A DNA stretch of 48,126 bases from a virus. Positions 9,781 through 19,752 of this stretch are shown piece after piece. The notes beneath the pieces were generated by a model. It was not told the DNA's origin, searched no databases, and saw only the letters and a list, made by a program, of their open reading frames with translations. Where the stretch lies: IMG/VR virus record IMGVR_UViG_2864926767_000001. One strand, given 5' to 3'. Position 1 is the first letter of the stretch. The number at the start of each line of letters is the position of its first letter. Position numbers and translations under genes: made by a program.

Positions 9781-9928
9781 GTGATAGCTCCGTGCCAGCG
9801 AGGATGTAAAAGCTACAACCCGGCCACAGCGCCAGCAAGCACATCGTGGTTCAAACTTTTCTGGCCTATGCCGCCGACGGCCACCGAAGCTGGTAGGATG
9901 GCCTCTTGACGCCAAGGAGAGCGATTTC

Positions 9929-10729
9929 ATGCTCAAGAAGATTTCCTCGTTGATCACCTATGTACTCGAGGATGGAAAGCTCAAAGCCGTAGATTCGGTG
10001 CTGGATGCAGCAGAGTGGGAGCTACGAAACCCCACTGCCAAGTTCATCCTGCACAGCACGATTGAAGGCGGCGAAGAACCAATTGAGCTCTCAACTGTTT
10101 TCATCCCCATGCAGATCTTCCCAGGGGAAGAAACCCCACTGTGCTTCGAGACAGCTATCACCTCTGGCGAATTCATAAGGCTGGCCAAGTCCCCTTCGGT
10201 AGCCAAAGCAATCGAGAGCCATGACGCTGCAATGAAGGCCCTCCGCACAGCAAACCCAGACTGCAAAGCCACCAAACAGTTTGTGCGAGGACAGATAGTC
10301 CTTGAGCTCCTCCCAAAGGAGAGGGAACTGGCGGATCAGATTCGAAAGGATCTTTTGGTCGAGATTCTGCAAAGCGTCCCTGCTCTGCAGGATCGGCAGG
10401 ATCTGACGTTTACGTTCTACATGGTGAAGTACCACGTACACTCGACCCACATTGGCGAGGTTTGGCTCAACTACATGGACTCTTGCCCATTGATCGTCGC
10501 CTTCGACGTTATCAAGACGAAAAATGGCGAACACCCGGCATACACCTACTTCACCGGTTTCGATGCAAGGCTGGACGAATACAACCCCGATGAAACGCCT
10601 ATTCTCTTCAAGACGAGATGCCCAGGGCTGACGGAGCACGAGAAGAGTTACTCAAGCATTCAGGATGCTTGGCAAGGACACACGAAATTCGTCAATGAGC
10701 TGAGTACCTACCTCCAGGGCAAGCCATAA
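9929..10729 (+). CDS. Hypothetical protein (paralog of 10783-11592)
   Basis: Shares WLNY..SCPL..AFD..YTYFTG.D.R..PI.F.TR.PGLT..E.SYS..GH.K.V with the next gene. Confidence 0.75.
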   Translation: MLKKISSLITYVLEDGKLKAVDSVLDAAEWELRNPTAKFILHSTIEGGEEPIELSTVFIPMQIFPGEETPLCFETAITSGEFIRLAKSPSVAKAIESHDAAMKALRTANPDCKATKQFVRGQIVLELLPKERELADQIRKDLLVEILQSVPALQDRQDLTFTFYMVKYHVHSTHIGEVWLNYMDSCPLIVAFDVIKTKNGEHPAYTYFTGFDARLDEYNPDETPILFKTRCPGLTEHEKSYSSIQDAWQGHTKFVNELSTYLQGKP

Positions 10730-10782
10730 AGACCTGGCCACCACGATCTACCTTCATCCGGACACAACAAGAGACCAACCGA

Positions 10783-11592
10783 ATGAGCGAATCGACTGAC
10801 CTTTCGGAACATCAAGAGCCCCTCCTCCTCAAGGAAGGTCAGTCCATGGATGTCAGTGCCCTGTGGGTCTACGAGGAGTGGGAGCGTCATAACCCCATCA
10901 GTCGTTTGCTTCTCAATACCCAAGTTGAGGCCGCCGGCCAGCACCTGCAGGTGAGCACAATTGCCCTCGGCGACATCATGCTCTTCAGAATGGGTTCATC
11001 GGATGCGCCGACGATCATGGAGACCATGATCCTTTCGGAGGGCGGTGCCGAACCCATGGGCCGGCGGCACTCACTCGAAGAAGGCGTGCAGCTACACGAC
11101 ATGACCATCAAACGACTGCTCGAAGCGAACCCGGACGCTCAGGTCAAACAGACGTTCCTGAAGGGGCAGCCCGTACTCACCCTCAACACCACTCAGCTGG
11201 AGATCGCGGACAAGATCCGAAGCTCCCTGCGTGTTGAGCTGCTCCGCGACCTCCCCATCGTTCAGAACAAGGATAGCCAGGGCTTCCTGCTCTACATGTC
11301 GAACGGCGACGTCGGGCAGATGCGCAATACCAATGCCTGGATGAACTACATCGAGTCGTGCCCTCTGCTGATCGCATTCGACGAGGTGCAGACTGAAAAA
11401 GGCCCGGTACCGGTCTACACCTACTTCACCGGCTATGACCCGCGCATGGCTCAAAGCCGGGATGAGATCGAGCCAATCATCTTCCGCACCAGGGCGCCTG
11501 GCCTCACCGCCGAAGAGCCTTCCTACAGCACCTATGCCTCCGCCCTAGAGGGGCACGCGAAGCTGGTCAGCAAGCTCCAGGACGGAGTCTGA
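10783..11592 (+). CDS. Hypothetical protein (paralog of 9929-10729)
   Basis: Aligns by eye over its full length with the upstream gene. Confidence 0.75.
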   Translation: MSESTDLSEHQEPLLLKEGQSMDVSALWVYEEWERHNPISRLLLNTQVEAAGQHLQVSTIALGDIMLFRMGSSDAPTIMETMILSEGGAEPMGRRHSLEEGVQLHDMTIKRLLEANPDAQVKQTFLKGQPVLTLNTTQLEIADKIRSSLRVELLRDLPIVQNKDSQGFLLYMSNGDVGQMRNTNAWMNYIESCPLLIAFDEVQTEKGPVPVYTYFTGYDPRMAQSRDEIEPIIFRTRAPGLTAEEPSYSTYASALEGHAKLVSKLQDGV

Positions 11593-11614
11593 CAGCCAGC
11601 TCGCGGGCTGCCCA

Positions 11615-12187
11615 TCAGGGCAGCTCGCCCCCGAGCATCCCAACCAGTATCAGCCCGAAGAAGGAGCCTACCGCAGCGATTGGCTTGTACAGATAGTCGT
11701 GTGCCCAGCGGCCGGCAGCCGATGTCGTGGTGAACTTGATCGAAACGTCGGCCTTTTCGGAACACGAAGGCAGTGATAGCTCTTTGTCCTCAAGCGACGC
11801 CTCCTGGAGTTCGCTGCAGCCCTCGGTGTACCTGACGAGCACCATCTGCACGTTTTCACCGCTTCGTTGCAGCGCAAAGCGAACGTTCTCGTCCTCGTCG
11901 ACGAACCCCCATTTCTGGTTCGGGAGCAGTGCCAGCTCGATCTTGCTCAACCAGGGCCTGACTAGGACTTCCAGGTTGAGGTAGAGGCAGTCGTCCCGGC
12001 TTCCACTCCAACACTCAGCTGCGCCGTACCGGCCGCTTCCAATCGTGCGCTCCAAGTCGATGGTCGACTCGACTGCTGCCCGTACATAGGCCTCCCTGGA
12101 CTCCATTGGGATCGGTTCGGCCGCCTGGACGCCACTGCAGGCGGTGATCGCACACAGCACCAGGCCAAAAAGCTTGGCCAACGTCAT
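11615..12187 (-). CDS. Putative exported protein
   Basis: Signal-peptide-like N-terminus (VQA-A cleavage) and hydrophobic C-terminus; start overlaps upstream stop. Confidence 0.6.
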   Translation of the reverse strand: MTLAKLFGLVLCAITACSGVQAAEPIPMESREAYVRAAVESTIDLERTIGSGRYGAAECWSGSRDDCLYLNLEVLVRPWLSKIELALLPNQKWGFVDEDENVRFALQRSGENVQMVLVRYTEGCSELQEASLEDKELSLPSCSEKADVSIKFTTTSAAGRWAHDYLYKPIAAVGSFFGLILVGMLGGELP

Positions 12188-13392
12188 GCCAGGAGCTCGT
12201 TCGGAGCCTCGATTTTCACCCAGTCACCGCGCTTGAGCTCCTCGGTGATCGGCCACCCCATCATCTTCTCATCGAGGGGCTGCACCAGAAGCGCGGCCTT
12301 CATGCTGTATTGTCCGCCCCGTATTCGACCTTGGACGCCGGTAGAGCGGTGCTCAATGTGGGTGCCGATCTTGAACCCCGTGAAAGACTCCAGCAGCGCT
12401 ACTTGTTGCGCGATGGCCTTGTCGGAGAGTTGATGCATCTGCTTGATGAGCTCATTCCTCTTCCCCTCCATCTCGTCCTTCACCACCTGGAGAAGCTCCA
12501 GCTCCTGGTCACTCAACAGCCCACGGCGCGTGTGCTCGACATCGTAGTCGAGCCACTTCTTCAGTTCGGCTGCTTCTGGGCTGTTGTAGGCAGGGAAAGG
12601 CAGGAGGGCCCCTTCATCCAGCCCCTGGTCAGCATTGAGCTGGCGGTGAAGGTTGGACGCGAGGCGCAGCCCCTCGGGAAGCTCCGTCAGGGCCTTCCAC
12701 CCGCCCAGGTCGTAATCGACCTCACCGACTACATAGAGCACCGGTATGTAGACCGGGCCACTGTAGTCCCCGATCTCCAGGATACTTACCCACCAGCTGT
12801 TTTGAACAACGCCGCCCGCATCCAATCGGCCCATCAGCTCGACGTTCCCCGGCTGGTAGAAACTGTGCACCGCGTAGTAGCCACCCTCGCGACTGATCAG
12901 CGCAACCAGCTCCAACTCCCGGTCGGTGCCGATACCCTGACTGAACGATGCGTCCAGGCCTTCGAACGCCATCCACTTCTGCAGGCACTCCTGCAGGAAC
13001 GGAACGCCGCCTTGGTAGACCCAGGCACCAAGGTGAGTGGCCCTGTCTGTCCGCTTGCGCGTCTCGTAGGTCAGGCAGATGTCGTGGCGGGCCCCCTTCT
13101 CAGCGCACGCAGCGCCGGCCTCACCAGCCACCACCTGCTCCATGAATGAGTTGATCTCGAGCATGTGCGCACGGCGGGCTGCGTCAATCTTCGAATATGC
13201 TTCGTGCAGGGTTACGTGCTCGGCAGGCTGGTTGCTGAGATGGATAGGCTGCTGTTCCACTGGCTGGTGATTCCGGTCGAAGAGGTAATGGAGCGTCAAT
13301 TTACATGAAATTGCAGACAAGTCACCCAACTCATTAACCTGCAATTTCTCGTAAATACATTGACGCAAACGCCTGATCTCCTGAGAATCCAT
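12184..13392 (-). CDS. Hypothetical protein
   Basis: Long ORF; start uncertain, ATG 13392 chosen to avoid overlapping the divergent gene. Confidence 0.6.
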   Translation of the reverse strand: MDSQEIRRLRQCIYEKLQVNELGDLSAISCKLTLHYLFDRNHQPVEQQPIHLSNQPAEHVTLHEAYSKIDAARRAHMLEINSFMEQVVAGEAGAACAEKGARHDICLTYETRKRTDRATHLGAWVYQGGVPFLQECLQKWMAFEGLDASFSQGIGTDRELELVALISREGGYYAVHSFYQPGNVELMGRLDAGGVVQNSWWVSILEIGDYSGPVYIPVLYVVGEVDYDLGGWKALTELPEGLRLASNLHRQLNADQGLDEGALLPFPAYNSPEAAELKKWLDYDVEHTRRGLLSDQELELLQVVKDEMEGKRNELIKQMHQLSDKAIAQQVALLESFTGFKIGTHIEHRSTGVQGRIRGGQYSMKAALLVQPLDEKMMGWPITEELKRGDWVKIEAPNELLA

Positions 13393-13427
13393 CCACCTTT
13401 CTGGTTGACGCCTGCGCGAACCATTCG

Positions 13428-13976
13428 ATGACACGTGCCTGCATCCTGTTCCCCAACTCCCTTAACTACCGCTGGCGCTCGGGCATCCGAGTCAACAACG
13501 ACGGATCACCCGATGCCCTGGGATTCGAGTTGGCCAAGGTTTGCCGTAACATCGTCCACGGTGCCGACAGCATCCAGGTCGTGCGCATGAACGATGGCCT
13601 GGCTGGAGCTCCGTTCCGGGTGTGCAAGAAAGAACAACTGTCGGCCATGGTTCTCGGCATGCTGTTCGCCCGCTGGGATGCGATCCAGAGCGGAATCGTA
13701 AGCGAGGATGAGGAAAACATCGTGCTCGGCCTGCAGATGCGCTTCTCGCACCTCCAGTTCGAGAGTGTCCCGGAACTCTACCTCGATAGCCGGGCCCGCG
13801 AGGGTTACAAATACGTGGTGGCCTTCAAGGACTATGGCTTCGAGGTCTACGGCAAGCTTGTGGCGCGCCGGCCCTGGATCGAGATCCACAACGAACAGGG
13901 CCTGCTCATCGAAGGTTGGCCAGAGGATGTGATGGAGTCTTGCGGACGGCTGCGCAACGGCGACTCTGCCGCCTAA
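13428..13976 (+). CDS. Hypothetical protein
   Basis: 182-aa ORF; MTRA..DGSPD..G.EL N-terminus. Confidence 0.6.
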   Translation: MTRACILFPNSLNYRWRSGIRVNNDGSPDALGFELAKVCRNIVHGADSIQVVRMNDGLAGAPFRVCKKEQLSAMVLGMLFARWDAIQSGIVSEDEENIVLGLQMRFSHLQFESVPELYLDSRAREGYKYVVAFKDYGFEVYGKLVARRPWIEIHNEQGLLIEGWPEDVMESCGRLRNGDSAA

Positions 13977-13985
13977 ACGCCCCGG

Positions 13986-14843
13986 TCAGTCCAGGGCTGG
14001 CTCTGCTGGCGCATGGCGCTGGCGCTCTTGCTTCGCCGGCACGAAACCGACCTGGGTCTTTGTTTTTCGGCCGGACTTGCCCAGGTACTGCTCAAGCTCA
14101 CGGGTGGCCACGTCGTAGAGCTCGACGAGCATTGGCTCAAGCTCTTTCCTCAGCTCTTCGCTGCCCGGCGTAGAGCCAAGATGCGACAGATCAGTAGCGT
14201 CCTCATGGTAGGCCTCTATTGAAGCCGCCCGCGCGATCACCAGGTCGATGAAGGCATCAGAGTAGACTCCGCAGCCCCGGAGTGACTCGAGGTCTTCAGG
14301 GAATCCGTATTCAGGCTGATACCGATACCAGTCGGGGTGTCCCTTGGGAATGATCCGGTAGGAGGCCCCTTCGTACAACTGATCGGCCGTCATGTCGACG
14401 ATGGTCTGGTCTTTTGTAATACACCAGTAGTGCACACAGATCGGAGTATGCAGGTCAGCCATCATGACCGTTCCGCCTATCCTGGCCATGCCGTACTTGT
14501 AGGCCATGAACTCGGAGACCAGGTGGCACATACCCCCGAACACCCAGGGATTCTGCCCGTTGTGGGTTGGCTCATCGTCTTCGCGCTCTTGCTGGCGCGC
14601 CGCAAGACCCGCCTTGATCATCCTGTCGGTAACCAGGTGGTGAGTCTCGGGCTCGATGCCCCAGCGCACCAGATTGTCGATGTATCCGCCCGTGCGGCTA
14701 CGCAAAGTGGCGCCTATGGTTTCCCCGCTCTCCACAGCCTCACTGAAAAGGCGGTCGGCCTCAGCGCGGTTCGCCACATCGATGCTCAGGCACTCGCCGT
14801 TCGCGTTCACCAGGTGCAGGATCATCGTCTTCATGCCGGCCAC
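13986..14843 (-). CDS. Protein with putative papain/transglutaminase-like Cys-His-Asp triad
   Basis: GGMCHLVS..HYWC..IVDMTADQL; directly downstream of NADAR. Confidence 0.5.
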   Translation of the reverse strand: MAGMKTMILHLVNANGECLSIDVANRAEADRLFSEAVESGETIGATLRSRTGGYIDNLVRWGIEPETHHLVTDRMIKAGLAARQQEREDDEPTHNGQNPWVFGGMCHLVSEFMAYKYGMARIGGTVMMADLHTPICVHYWCITKDQTIVDMTADQLYEGASYRIIPKGHPDWYRYQPEYGFPEDLESLRGCGVYSDAFIDLVIARAASIEAYHEDATDLSHLGSTPGSEELRKELEPMLVELYDVATRELEQYLGKSGRKTKTQVGFVPAKQERQRHAPAEPALD

Positions 14844-15368
14844 TTACGGCTGGCCGTAGACGAGTTCTTCGTCGTCTTTTTTGAGCTGCATGTCCAGAAT
14901 GCGCTGGCGGACATTCATGAGCACCTGGCCCAGGAGGTTTTTACCGCGCCACTGGGATTTGTCCAGGCTGCGAGGATCGTCTTCGGAGAGTCCGATCCCC
15001 CAAATCTTGTCATAAGGACTGGCTTCTACCAGTTCAGTGCCGGCGGTGCTTAGCAGCAACGTTTCAAGATCTTTGTGCTGTGTGAACTTGTGGTAGAGGA
15101 TCGCCGTCATCATCGGCACGCACCGGGCATCCCAGATGGCCTGGTCGAACTTGCAAGTACGCCCCAGGGCCTTCTGCTCCTTGGCGGTTTTGGCCGCGAG
15201 GATCTTGGCCGCGACCTCTTTGTCACCAAACAGCATGGCTTTCGAGTACATCATGGCGCACTCCCCGTTCGGGAACTTAACGTCCCGAACGTAGAAGTCC
15301 CTCTTGTACCAGTTCGAGAACGGGTCATCGGCCGTGAAAAAGAAGGTGAATCCGCCGGCTACTTTCAT
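14844..15368 (-). CDS. NADAR (YbiA-like) family protein
   Basis: FSNWY..MMYSKAMLFGD..KALGR..KFTQH..LLST..LVEASPYDKIWGIG..WRGKNLLG..LM.VR. Confidence 0.93.
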   Translation of the reverse strand: MKVAGGFTFFFTADDPFSNWYKRDFYVRDVKFPNGECAMMYSKAMLFGDKEVAAKILAAKTAKEQKALGRTCKFDQAIWDARCVPMMTAILYHKFTQHKDLETLLLSTAGTELVEASPYDKIWGIGLSEDDPRSLDKSQWRGKNLLGQVLMNVRQRILDMQLKKDDEELVYGQP

Positions 15369-15432
15369 GTGCGCTCCTATGGACGTACTGCCAGTCTACT
15401 GAGGGAGCAAGCCCGCAGGCCAAGCATACCGG

Positions 15433-15969
15433 CTAGGGCCGCTCAGTCAGATAGGAGAGCGCTCTTTCCCCTTTAGCACGCGCGGATTCACTGCATTTTG
15501 CAGAAACCTCCTCATCTACCACTCCTGCCAAGACGCAGAAGGAGAGGAAACCTTCAGCATCCACCACCCCCGCCGCTTGATCAGCGTCATGCCTGAGTAT
15601 TGCCCGGTACACCACATCCTCTTCGGTCAGGATCAGTGCCGGCACCGGGATGAGAGAGCTGACGTTGAGTAGCCATTCGATGACGTGCGTGACCACACCA
15701 CTAAGTGGTACGTACCCCGGCGTCGAAACACGGGCAAGCTTAAGTGCCAGCCCCATCGAGGTCTCGTAGTAGTTCACCCCTCCCTGATCGACTACCTTTC
15801 GGCCCCAACGCGCTGCTTCCAGGGCATCAGGGTCTTCCATCGCCTCCAGCTCAAGCAACACCAGATCCGGGATGTGAAGACGCTTAAAGCCTTCCAAAAG
15901 GGCCAGGCGCCCCGCTTTAGCGAGGCGTAGAAGCGACTTCTCATCCGCGATCACAATCTGGTGTGGCAT
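15433..15969 (-). CDS. PIN-like domain protein
   Basis: IVIADEKSLLRLAKAGRLALL..LHIPDLVLLEL N-terminal pattern; ILTEED near the C-terminus. Confidence 0.5.
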   Translation of the reverse strand: MPHQIVIADEKSLLRLAKAGRLALLEGFKRLHIPDLVLLELEAMEDPDALEAARWGRKVVDQGGVNYYETSMGLALKLARVSTPGYVPLSGVVTHVIEWLLNVSSLIPVPALILTEEDVVYRAILRHDADQAAGVVDAEGFLSFCVLAGVVDEEVSAKCSESARAKGERALSYLTERP

Positions 15970-15981
15970 GCCTTGATCTCC

Positions 15982-16212
15982 TTAAACTGCCTTCCATGTG
16001 TGCTGGGCCAGGTAGCGGCTTTTGATACGCTCGACTGATCCTACCTTTTCCATCCGCAGGAGGGCAGTACGGACTTTTTCGGTCGTCACCTTGCCGTACC
16101 CATCCATCTGAAGGCAGTTACGAAGGACTGCCGTGAGTTGGCCGGTGGGGTACTTACGCAGCACGCTCAGGATGGCCTCATCCGTCATTGCTTTTCGAAC
16201 TACCTGGGTCAT
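15982..16212 (-). CDS. Small winged-helix-like protein
   Basis: ILSVL..T..LR..VRTALLRMEKVGSVER; ATGA overlap with the upstream ORF. Confidence 0.5.
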   Translation of the reverse strand: MTQVVRKAMTDEAILSVLRKYPTGQLTAVLRNCLQMDGYGKVTTEKVRTALLRMEKVGSVERIKSRYLAQHTWKAV

Positions 16213-16457
16213 TCGAACGAACTCTCCACAGAAACGAAACGAAGTCGCGGCGCGCGCAGGGCGCCGGGTAGGTTTCGCTTGGACTCCAGAGCAGACTCCA
16301 GCGAGGTAATCGCCCTGCCTAGGGCGGCGCACTGAGCCCACAGCTCACTCAGGATGCGTTGGCGCGCTGCCAGGTTCAGACTGGATACCAATGGCTCCAA
16401 TGCAGCAGCTTCACGCTGCAGAGCCCTCAACACACGTTGCCTTCTGAGCTCATCCAT
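16209..16457 (-). CDS. Hypothetical protein
   Basis: 82-aa ORF with AAGGA SD; divergent from the hipB-like gene. Confidence 0.5.
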   Translation of the reverse strand: MDELRRQRVLRALQREAAALEPLVSSLNLAARQRILSELWAQCAALGRAITSLESALESKRNLPGALRAPRLRFVSVESSFE

Positions 16458-16465
16458 AAAAATCC

Positions 16466-16531
16466 TTTAGGGACAATGGGGTGTCTCTTACTGGAGATTT
16501 CTGCCATTTAGGGACAGTATGTTGTCTCTTA
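16466..16531. promoter_or_regulatory. Two imperfect palindromic operators TTTAGGGACA-N6-TGTCTCTTA
   Basis: Copies at 16466-16490 and 16507-16531, 41 bp apart, upstream of the HTH gene. Confidence 0.7.
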
Positions 16532-16590
16532 AATCCTGCTGATAACCTTGGAATTGTGCTAAAATTGCCTTCAGAAACGAGGACAAGCAC

Positions 16591-16887
16591 ATGGCACTTC
16601 TCCAAGGAATCTACCCGCCGGCCCGAATCGCGCTCAATGTTGGCAAGCGAGCCCAGGAGCTGCGACTACGCAAAAAGCTCAAGCGCGACACATTGGCCGA
16701 GTTGTCGGGCGTACCACCCTCGACTATCAAGCGCTTCGAAACCACCGGGCAGATCAGTTTCGTGCAGATGGTGATGATCGCGCAGGCGCTGGGCGTGGGC
16801 AATGACCTTTCGAGACTCTTCCAAACCCCGGTGACGGCCTCCCTGGACGAGCTGGTTGATGACCTCCCTGTGCGGGGTTCACAGTAA
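16591..16887 (+). CDS. XRE-family HTH antitoxin (HipB-like)
   Basis: LRLRKKLKRDTLAELSGVPPSTIKRFETTGQIS..IAQALG; upstream of HipA. Confidence 0.85.
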   Translation: MALLQGIYPPARIALNVGKRAQELRLRKKLKRDTLAELSGVPPSTIKRFETTGQISFVQMVMIAQALGVGNDLSRLFQTPVTASLDELVDDLPVRGSQ

Positions 16888-16944
16888 CGTGCCTCGCCTC
16901 TGTCTCCCTGCGTAAGCTGAGGAGATACAGGAGCCACTTACCAC

Positions 16945-17583
16945 ATGACCAGAAAGCCCATTCTCATCCAGGATCTGAACCTCTACCACGGCAGCCCCTG
17001 TCGAATTGAGCAGTTCAGCTATGACTACAACAAGGACTCAGCAGCCAGCCTCGGCCATGGCTTCTATTTCACCAACAAGCTGAACGTAGCTAAGGGCTAT
17101 ACGGAGCGACACCACAGCAATCATGACCTCCAATTTGCCAACGAGACCCCTACCATCCACAAGGTCAGAGTGACCTTGAACAATCCGATGGACTCGAAGC
17201 ACAAACAGGCTCTATCAAGAGCCGTTGTGCGCAGCCTTATCACTTGCTCTCCATGCCTAGACACAGCGTTGGCCAACAACTTCGACGTTGATTTTCAAGG
17301 TAAAAAGGAGTGCATTGAGGAGGCTTGTGGGTGGTACTGCGACTACTATGATCGCCCTTTGGCCGAAACGCTCAGTTCGCTTTCCACGGACTTCTGGCAA
17401 GACCATAACGAAGCGTTCAGCCGCTTGGTATACGAGCTGCTGAGGTACGACGGTGTCGTGGCATATGACGAAAAAGGCGGGGTTCGTGGCGATATCATCG
17501 TTTCTGCCTGGTTCCCTGAGCAGATTGAAATTCTTGCCTACCTCGATCCAAAGCTGGAGCGAGATTCAAGCTTCGAACCCTAA
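16945..17583 (+). CDS. ADP-ribosyltransferase-fold protein (ART-PolyVal-like)
   Basis: LYHGS..F, LGHGFYFT..VAKGY, V.L.NP, YDGVV, W.PEQI motifs. Confidence 0.7.
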   Translation: MTRKPILIQDLNLYHGSPCRIEQFSYDYNKDSAASLGHGFYFTNKLNVAKGYTERHHSNHDLQFANETPTIHKVRVTLNNPMDSKHKQALSRAVVRSLITCSPCLDTALANNFDVDFQGKKECIEEACGWYCDYYDRPLAETLSSLSTDFWQDHNEAFSRLVYELLRYDGVVAYDEKGGVRGDIIVSAWFPEQIEILAYLDPKLERDSSFEP

Positions 17584-17620
17584 GCGCTGGTTGGGCGCTG
17601 CGTAACCTAGGACGGTACAG

Positions 17621-18871
17621 ATGAGCAAAACCTTTAAACGCCCTGATCGCCTTGGGGTTTACCTGGATGGCACCCGTGTTGGACAGCTCGGGCAGCCATC
17701 CAGAGGCCCTCTGGTCTTTGCCTATGATCCTGAGTGGATCGCCAATGGCTACCCTCTTTCCCCCATGAACATGGAGTGGAACACCAATCCGCAGGCTGCT
17801 GCTGATCGAACCTTTCGCGGCCTGCACGGAGTGTTCAACGACTCGCTGCCCGATGGCTGGGGCCTGCTACTCATGGACAGGTTCTTCCGCAGTGAGTTCG
17901 GCATCGCGCGCGATGAGATTACCCACCTTGACCGCCTGGCATATCTGGGTCGTCGCGCCATGGGTGCGCTCGAGTTCCAGCCCGAATATGAAACCGAGCC
18001 AGAGAACGAGGTGATCGACCTGGCCGGCCTCTACGCCAACTCCCAGGCGCTCCTGAGCGGCAACACCGAAGAGGTTGTGAAGCAGCTGCGTATGGCCGGC
18101 GGCTCGCCGCAGGGGGCCCGCCCCAAGATCACCTTGGGCCTTTCCGAGGACAGCAGCCTGGCGATCACCGACTTCGCCCCTCTGCCTGAAGGGTATGAAC
18201 ACTGGATTCTCAAGTTCCGGAACCAGGAAGAGCACCGCGACACTGGTGCAATCGAGTATGCCTACGCCGAGATTGCGCGCCGGGCGGGTCTGACAGTGTC
18301 TGAAACAGCCCTCATGCACATGCATGAAGGTAAAACCACCGAGCGCTTCTTCTGCACTCGGCGTTTTGACCGCTCAGGCGTGACGAAAGTCCACATGATG
18401 ACTGTTTCGGGTATCGCTTACGCGAGCCACAGAGAGCCGTGCCTGGACTATGAGGACTTGCTAACGGCAACCCTCAACATCACCAACAGCGCTGCAGAGG
18501 TTGAGCGAATGGCACTGCAGATGGTGTTCAACGCGATGACGCTCAACCGTGACGATCACGCCAAGAACTTCGCCTTCCTGCGCCAGGGCGGAGGCTGGGT
18601 TCTGTCCCCTTCCTACGACCTGACCTACGCCCCTCAAGGACTCGGCGGCCAGCACACCACTTCCTACAGTGGCTCCGTCAATCCTCGCCTGCGCGACATC
18701 AAGAACGTCTGCAAAGGGTTCCCTAACCTGAATCCGTATGACCTGATCGATGGCGTCTACCAGGCGGTGGCCGAGTGGCCAGCTCTCACGAAAAACCTGG
18801 ATATCAACAAGAACGAATCAAACCGCATCTACAAAGCCATGGAAGCCATGGCCAAACAGCTCAACTCTTGA
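17621..18871 (+). CDS. hipA: HipA-family kinase toxin
   Basis: N-terminal couple_hipA region (FAYDPEW..LSP..DSLPDGWG), GSPQGARPK, RRFDR, NRDDHAKNF, LSPSYDL. Confidence 0.93.
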   Translation: MSKTFKRPDRLGVYLDGTRVGQLGQPSRGPLVFAYDPEWIANGYPLSPMNMEWNTNPQAAADRTFRGLHGVFNDSLPDGWGLLLMDRFFRSEFGIARDEITHLDRLAYLGRRAMGALEFQPEYETEPENEVIDLAGLYANSQALLSGNTEEVVKQLRMAGGSPQGARPKITLGLSEDSSLAITDFAPLPEGYEHWILKFRNQEEHRDTGAIEYAYAEIARRAGLTVSETALMHMHEGKTTERFFCTRRFDRSGVTKVHMMTVSGIAYASHREPCLDYEDLLTATLNITNSAAEVERMALQMVFNAMTLNRDDHAKNFAFLRQGGGWVLSPSYDLTYAPQGLGGQHTTSYSGSVNPRLRDIKNVCKGFPNLNPYDLIDGVYQAVAEWPALTKNLDINKNESNRIYKAMEAMAKQLNS

Positions 18872-18887
18872 TGAGCCAAGGACGACC

Positions 18888-19271
18888 ATGAACTCGAAGA
18901 CGCAATCGCCCCTGGTACTTGCCACCCTCAACGCAGGGCACTTTGGGCCCAACCAGGAATACATGCTGCACATCACCACCGAGGGAGTTGACTGCCGGCT
19001 GCAGGGCAATCGCGTAGTCTTCGACCACGAGCCACGGGCACGTCTTCTATCCACCCTGGAGATCCCGAAGGTGCATACCGTGGATGGGCTGCCGACGAAA
19101 GTGACAGCCTATTGCCTCCACCAGGATCTGGATGCCGCCCCCGGCCGGCTCATCGCCGCCCTGCAAGCCGAGTGCGACCGCCTCTGTATGGGTGTGGCAG
19201 CCTTCGACAAAGCCATTGCCGGCGGCCACCGCGTCGTCGATATCGATCAGCTGCTGGAGAACAGAGCATGA
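18888..19271 (+). CDS. Hypothetical protein
   Basis: AAGGA SD before ATG 18888. Confidence 0.6.
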   Translation: MNSKTQSPLVLATLNAGHFGPNQEYMLHITTEGVDCRLQGNRVVFDHEPRARLLSTLEIPKVHTVDGLPTKVTAYCLHQDLDAAPGRLIAALQAECDRLCMGVAAFDKAIAGGHRVVDIDQLLENRA

Positions 19272-19741
19272 ACATGGAAGACGTTCCCGGCCGTCCAGGC
19301 TTAACCCTGGTGGCCACCTCAGAGCTACTAGCTCTGCAGGAAAGCGAGGCCCGGCTTCGCCAGGAAGCTGAGCGACCAGCCTTCGGGCTCGGCCGGGTCA
19401 CTCCGGAGATGAATAACGCAATGAACCACGCGATGGAAGAGCTCATGGCCATGCCTCCAGAGGAGCTTCTCGCCCTGGGCGAAAAAACTGCCAGCCAGGC
19501 GGGCTACGAGGAAATGCCGCACCCGGACGATGACGACGATGCGAACCGGATCTTCGAACTGGAGCGCCTGCTCGCGTCCGCCAATGCCAAGATCAGGCAA
19601 CTGGAAGCTGGCGCCACGCCCGTCTCCACCCAGGCAAAGATGCGCTTAGCGCGCCAGGCTGCCATCCAACGCATTCGGGACATGTCGTTCGAGGAGCTTC
19701 GCTCCCTGGCGGAAGCAAACGCCGAGCGCCTGCAGCTCTGA
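19268..19741 (+). CDS. Hypothetical coiled-coil protein
   Basis: ATGA overlap with the previous gene, GGAG SD, terminator downstream. Confidence 0.6.
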   Translation: MNMEDVPGRPGLTLVATSELLALQESEARLRQEAERPAFGLGRVTPEMNNAMNHAMEELMAMPPEELLALGEKTASQAGYEEMPHPDDDDDANRIFELERLLASANAKIRQLEAGATPVSTQAKMRLARQAAIQRIRDMSFEELRSLAEANAERLQL

Positions 19742-19752
19742 AAATTTGAGGG

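Noticed and set aside
16885-16945. Possible readthrough fusion of HTH and ART (same frame)
   Set aside because: A second in-frame stop (TGA) lies in the spacer
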